DNA of 62,576 nt, filler included, from Candidatus Nanoarchaeia archaeon (GTDB taxonomy: Archaea; Nanobdellota; Nanobdellia; Woesearchaeales; DATDTY01), in assembly GCA_035290625.1 (NCBI GenBank). It is 6 parts of 6 records of this genome, joined end to end, with 100 filler letters (N's around TTAATTAATTAA, not from the genome) between each part and the next. Parts side by side here need not be neighbours in the genome. Positions count along the whole stretch, not along the records: positions 51,250 to 62,576 come from DATDTY010000069.1; 5 more parts are not named here. One strand, given 5' to 3'. Made by a program: the position numbers and the translations under genes. Below are positions 62,499 through 62,576 of this stretch, in pieces. The stretch's first letter is position 1; each line of letters starts with the position of its first letter. The notes below the pieces were generated by a model, which was not told the origin of the DNA, made no database searches, and saw nothing but the letters and a program-made list of their open reading frames with translations.

Positions 62499-62576
62499 AT
62501 GTCAACACAAGTCTTAGAGCAAATGCTGGTCTCTGTTCCGGTTCGACTTCAAGAAAGAGCATATCAGACTTTGGAT
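62499..62576 (+). CDS. 5' start of an unidentified gene running off the window
   Basis: GGAGG RBS, MSTQVLEQ... Confidence 0.5.
   Translation, partial: MSTQVLEQMLVSVPVRLQERAYQTLD

Overview
A scaffold of six contigs joined by artificial 100-nt spacers (N-runs around TTAATTAATTAA at about 25901, 36002, 40349, 44912 and 51150), so adjacency across those points is not biological evidence. Gene content suggests an archaeon, probably DPANN (Woesearchaeota-like; inferred): TrmB regulators, TATA boxes ~23 nt before ATGs, intron-bearing tRNA-Arg(GCG) and tRNA-Gln(TTG), archaeal DNA ligase, translin-like protein and a type IV pilus ATPase with two membrane-platform genes. Housekeeping blocks: a bacterial-looking purine cluster (purL-purQ-purD-purN-split purH-guaA-purM), metK/apt/mtnP, a MoxR-DUF58-VWA operon, a giant surface protein, rtcB, GTP-PEPCK and an aminotransferase. 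Accessory content: about seven toxin-antitoxin-type modules, IS fragments and pseudogenes. The most striking unexplained signal is a dispersed family of at least 8 (plus one gap-truncated) 155-255 bp non-coding elements. They fold into a conserved, covarying rod with tandem G.A pairs, GNA mini-hairpins, two ~18-22 nt hypervariable strands, sequence-variable terminal inverted repeats and, in three copies, 8-12 bp flanking direct repeats. A second recurring pattern is accessory cargo bracketed by duplicated gene 3' ends.
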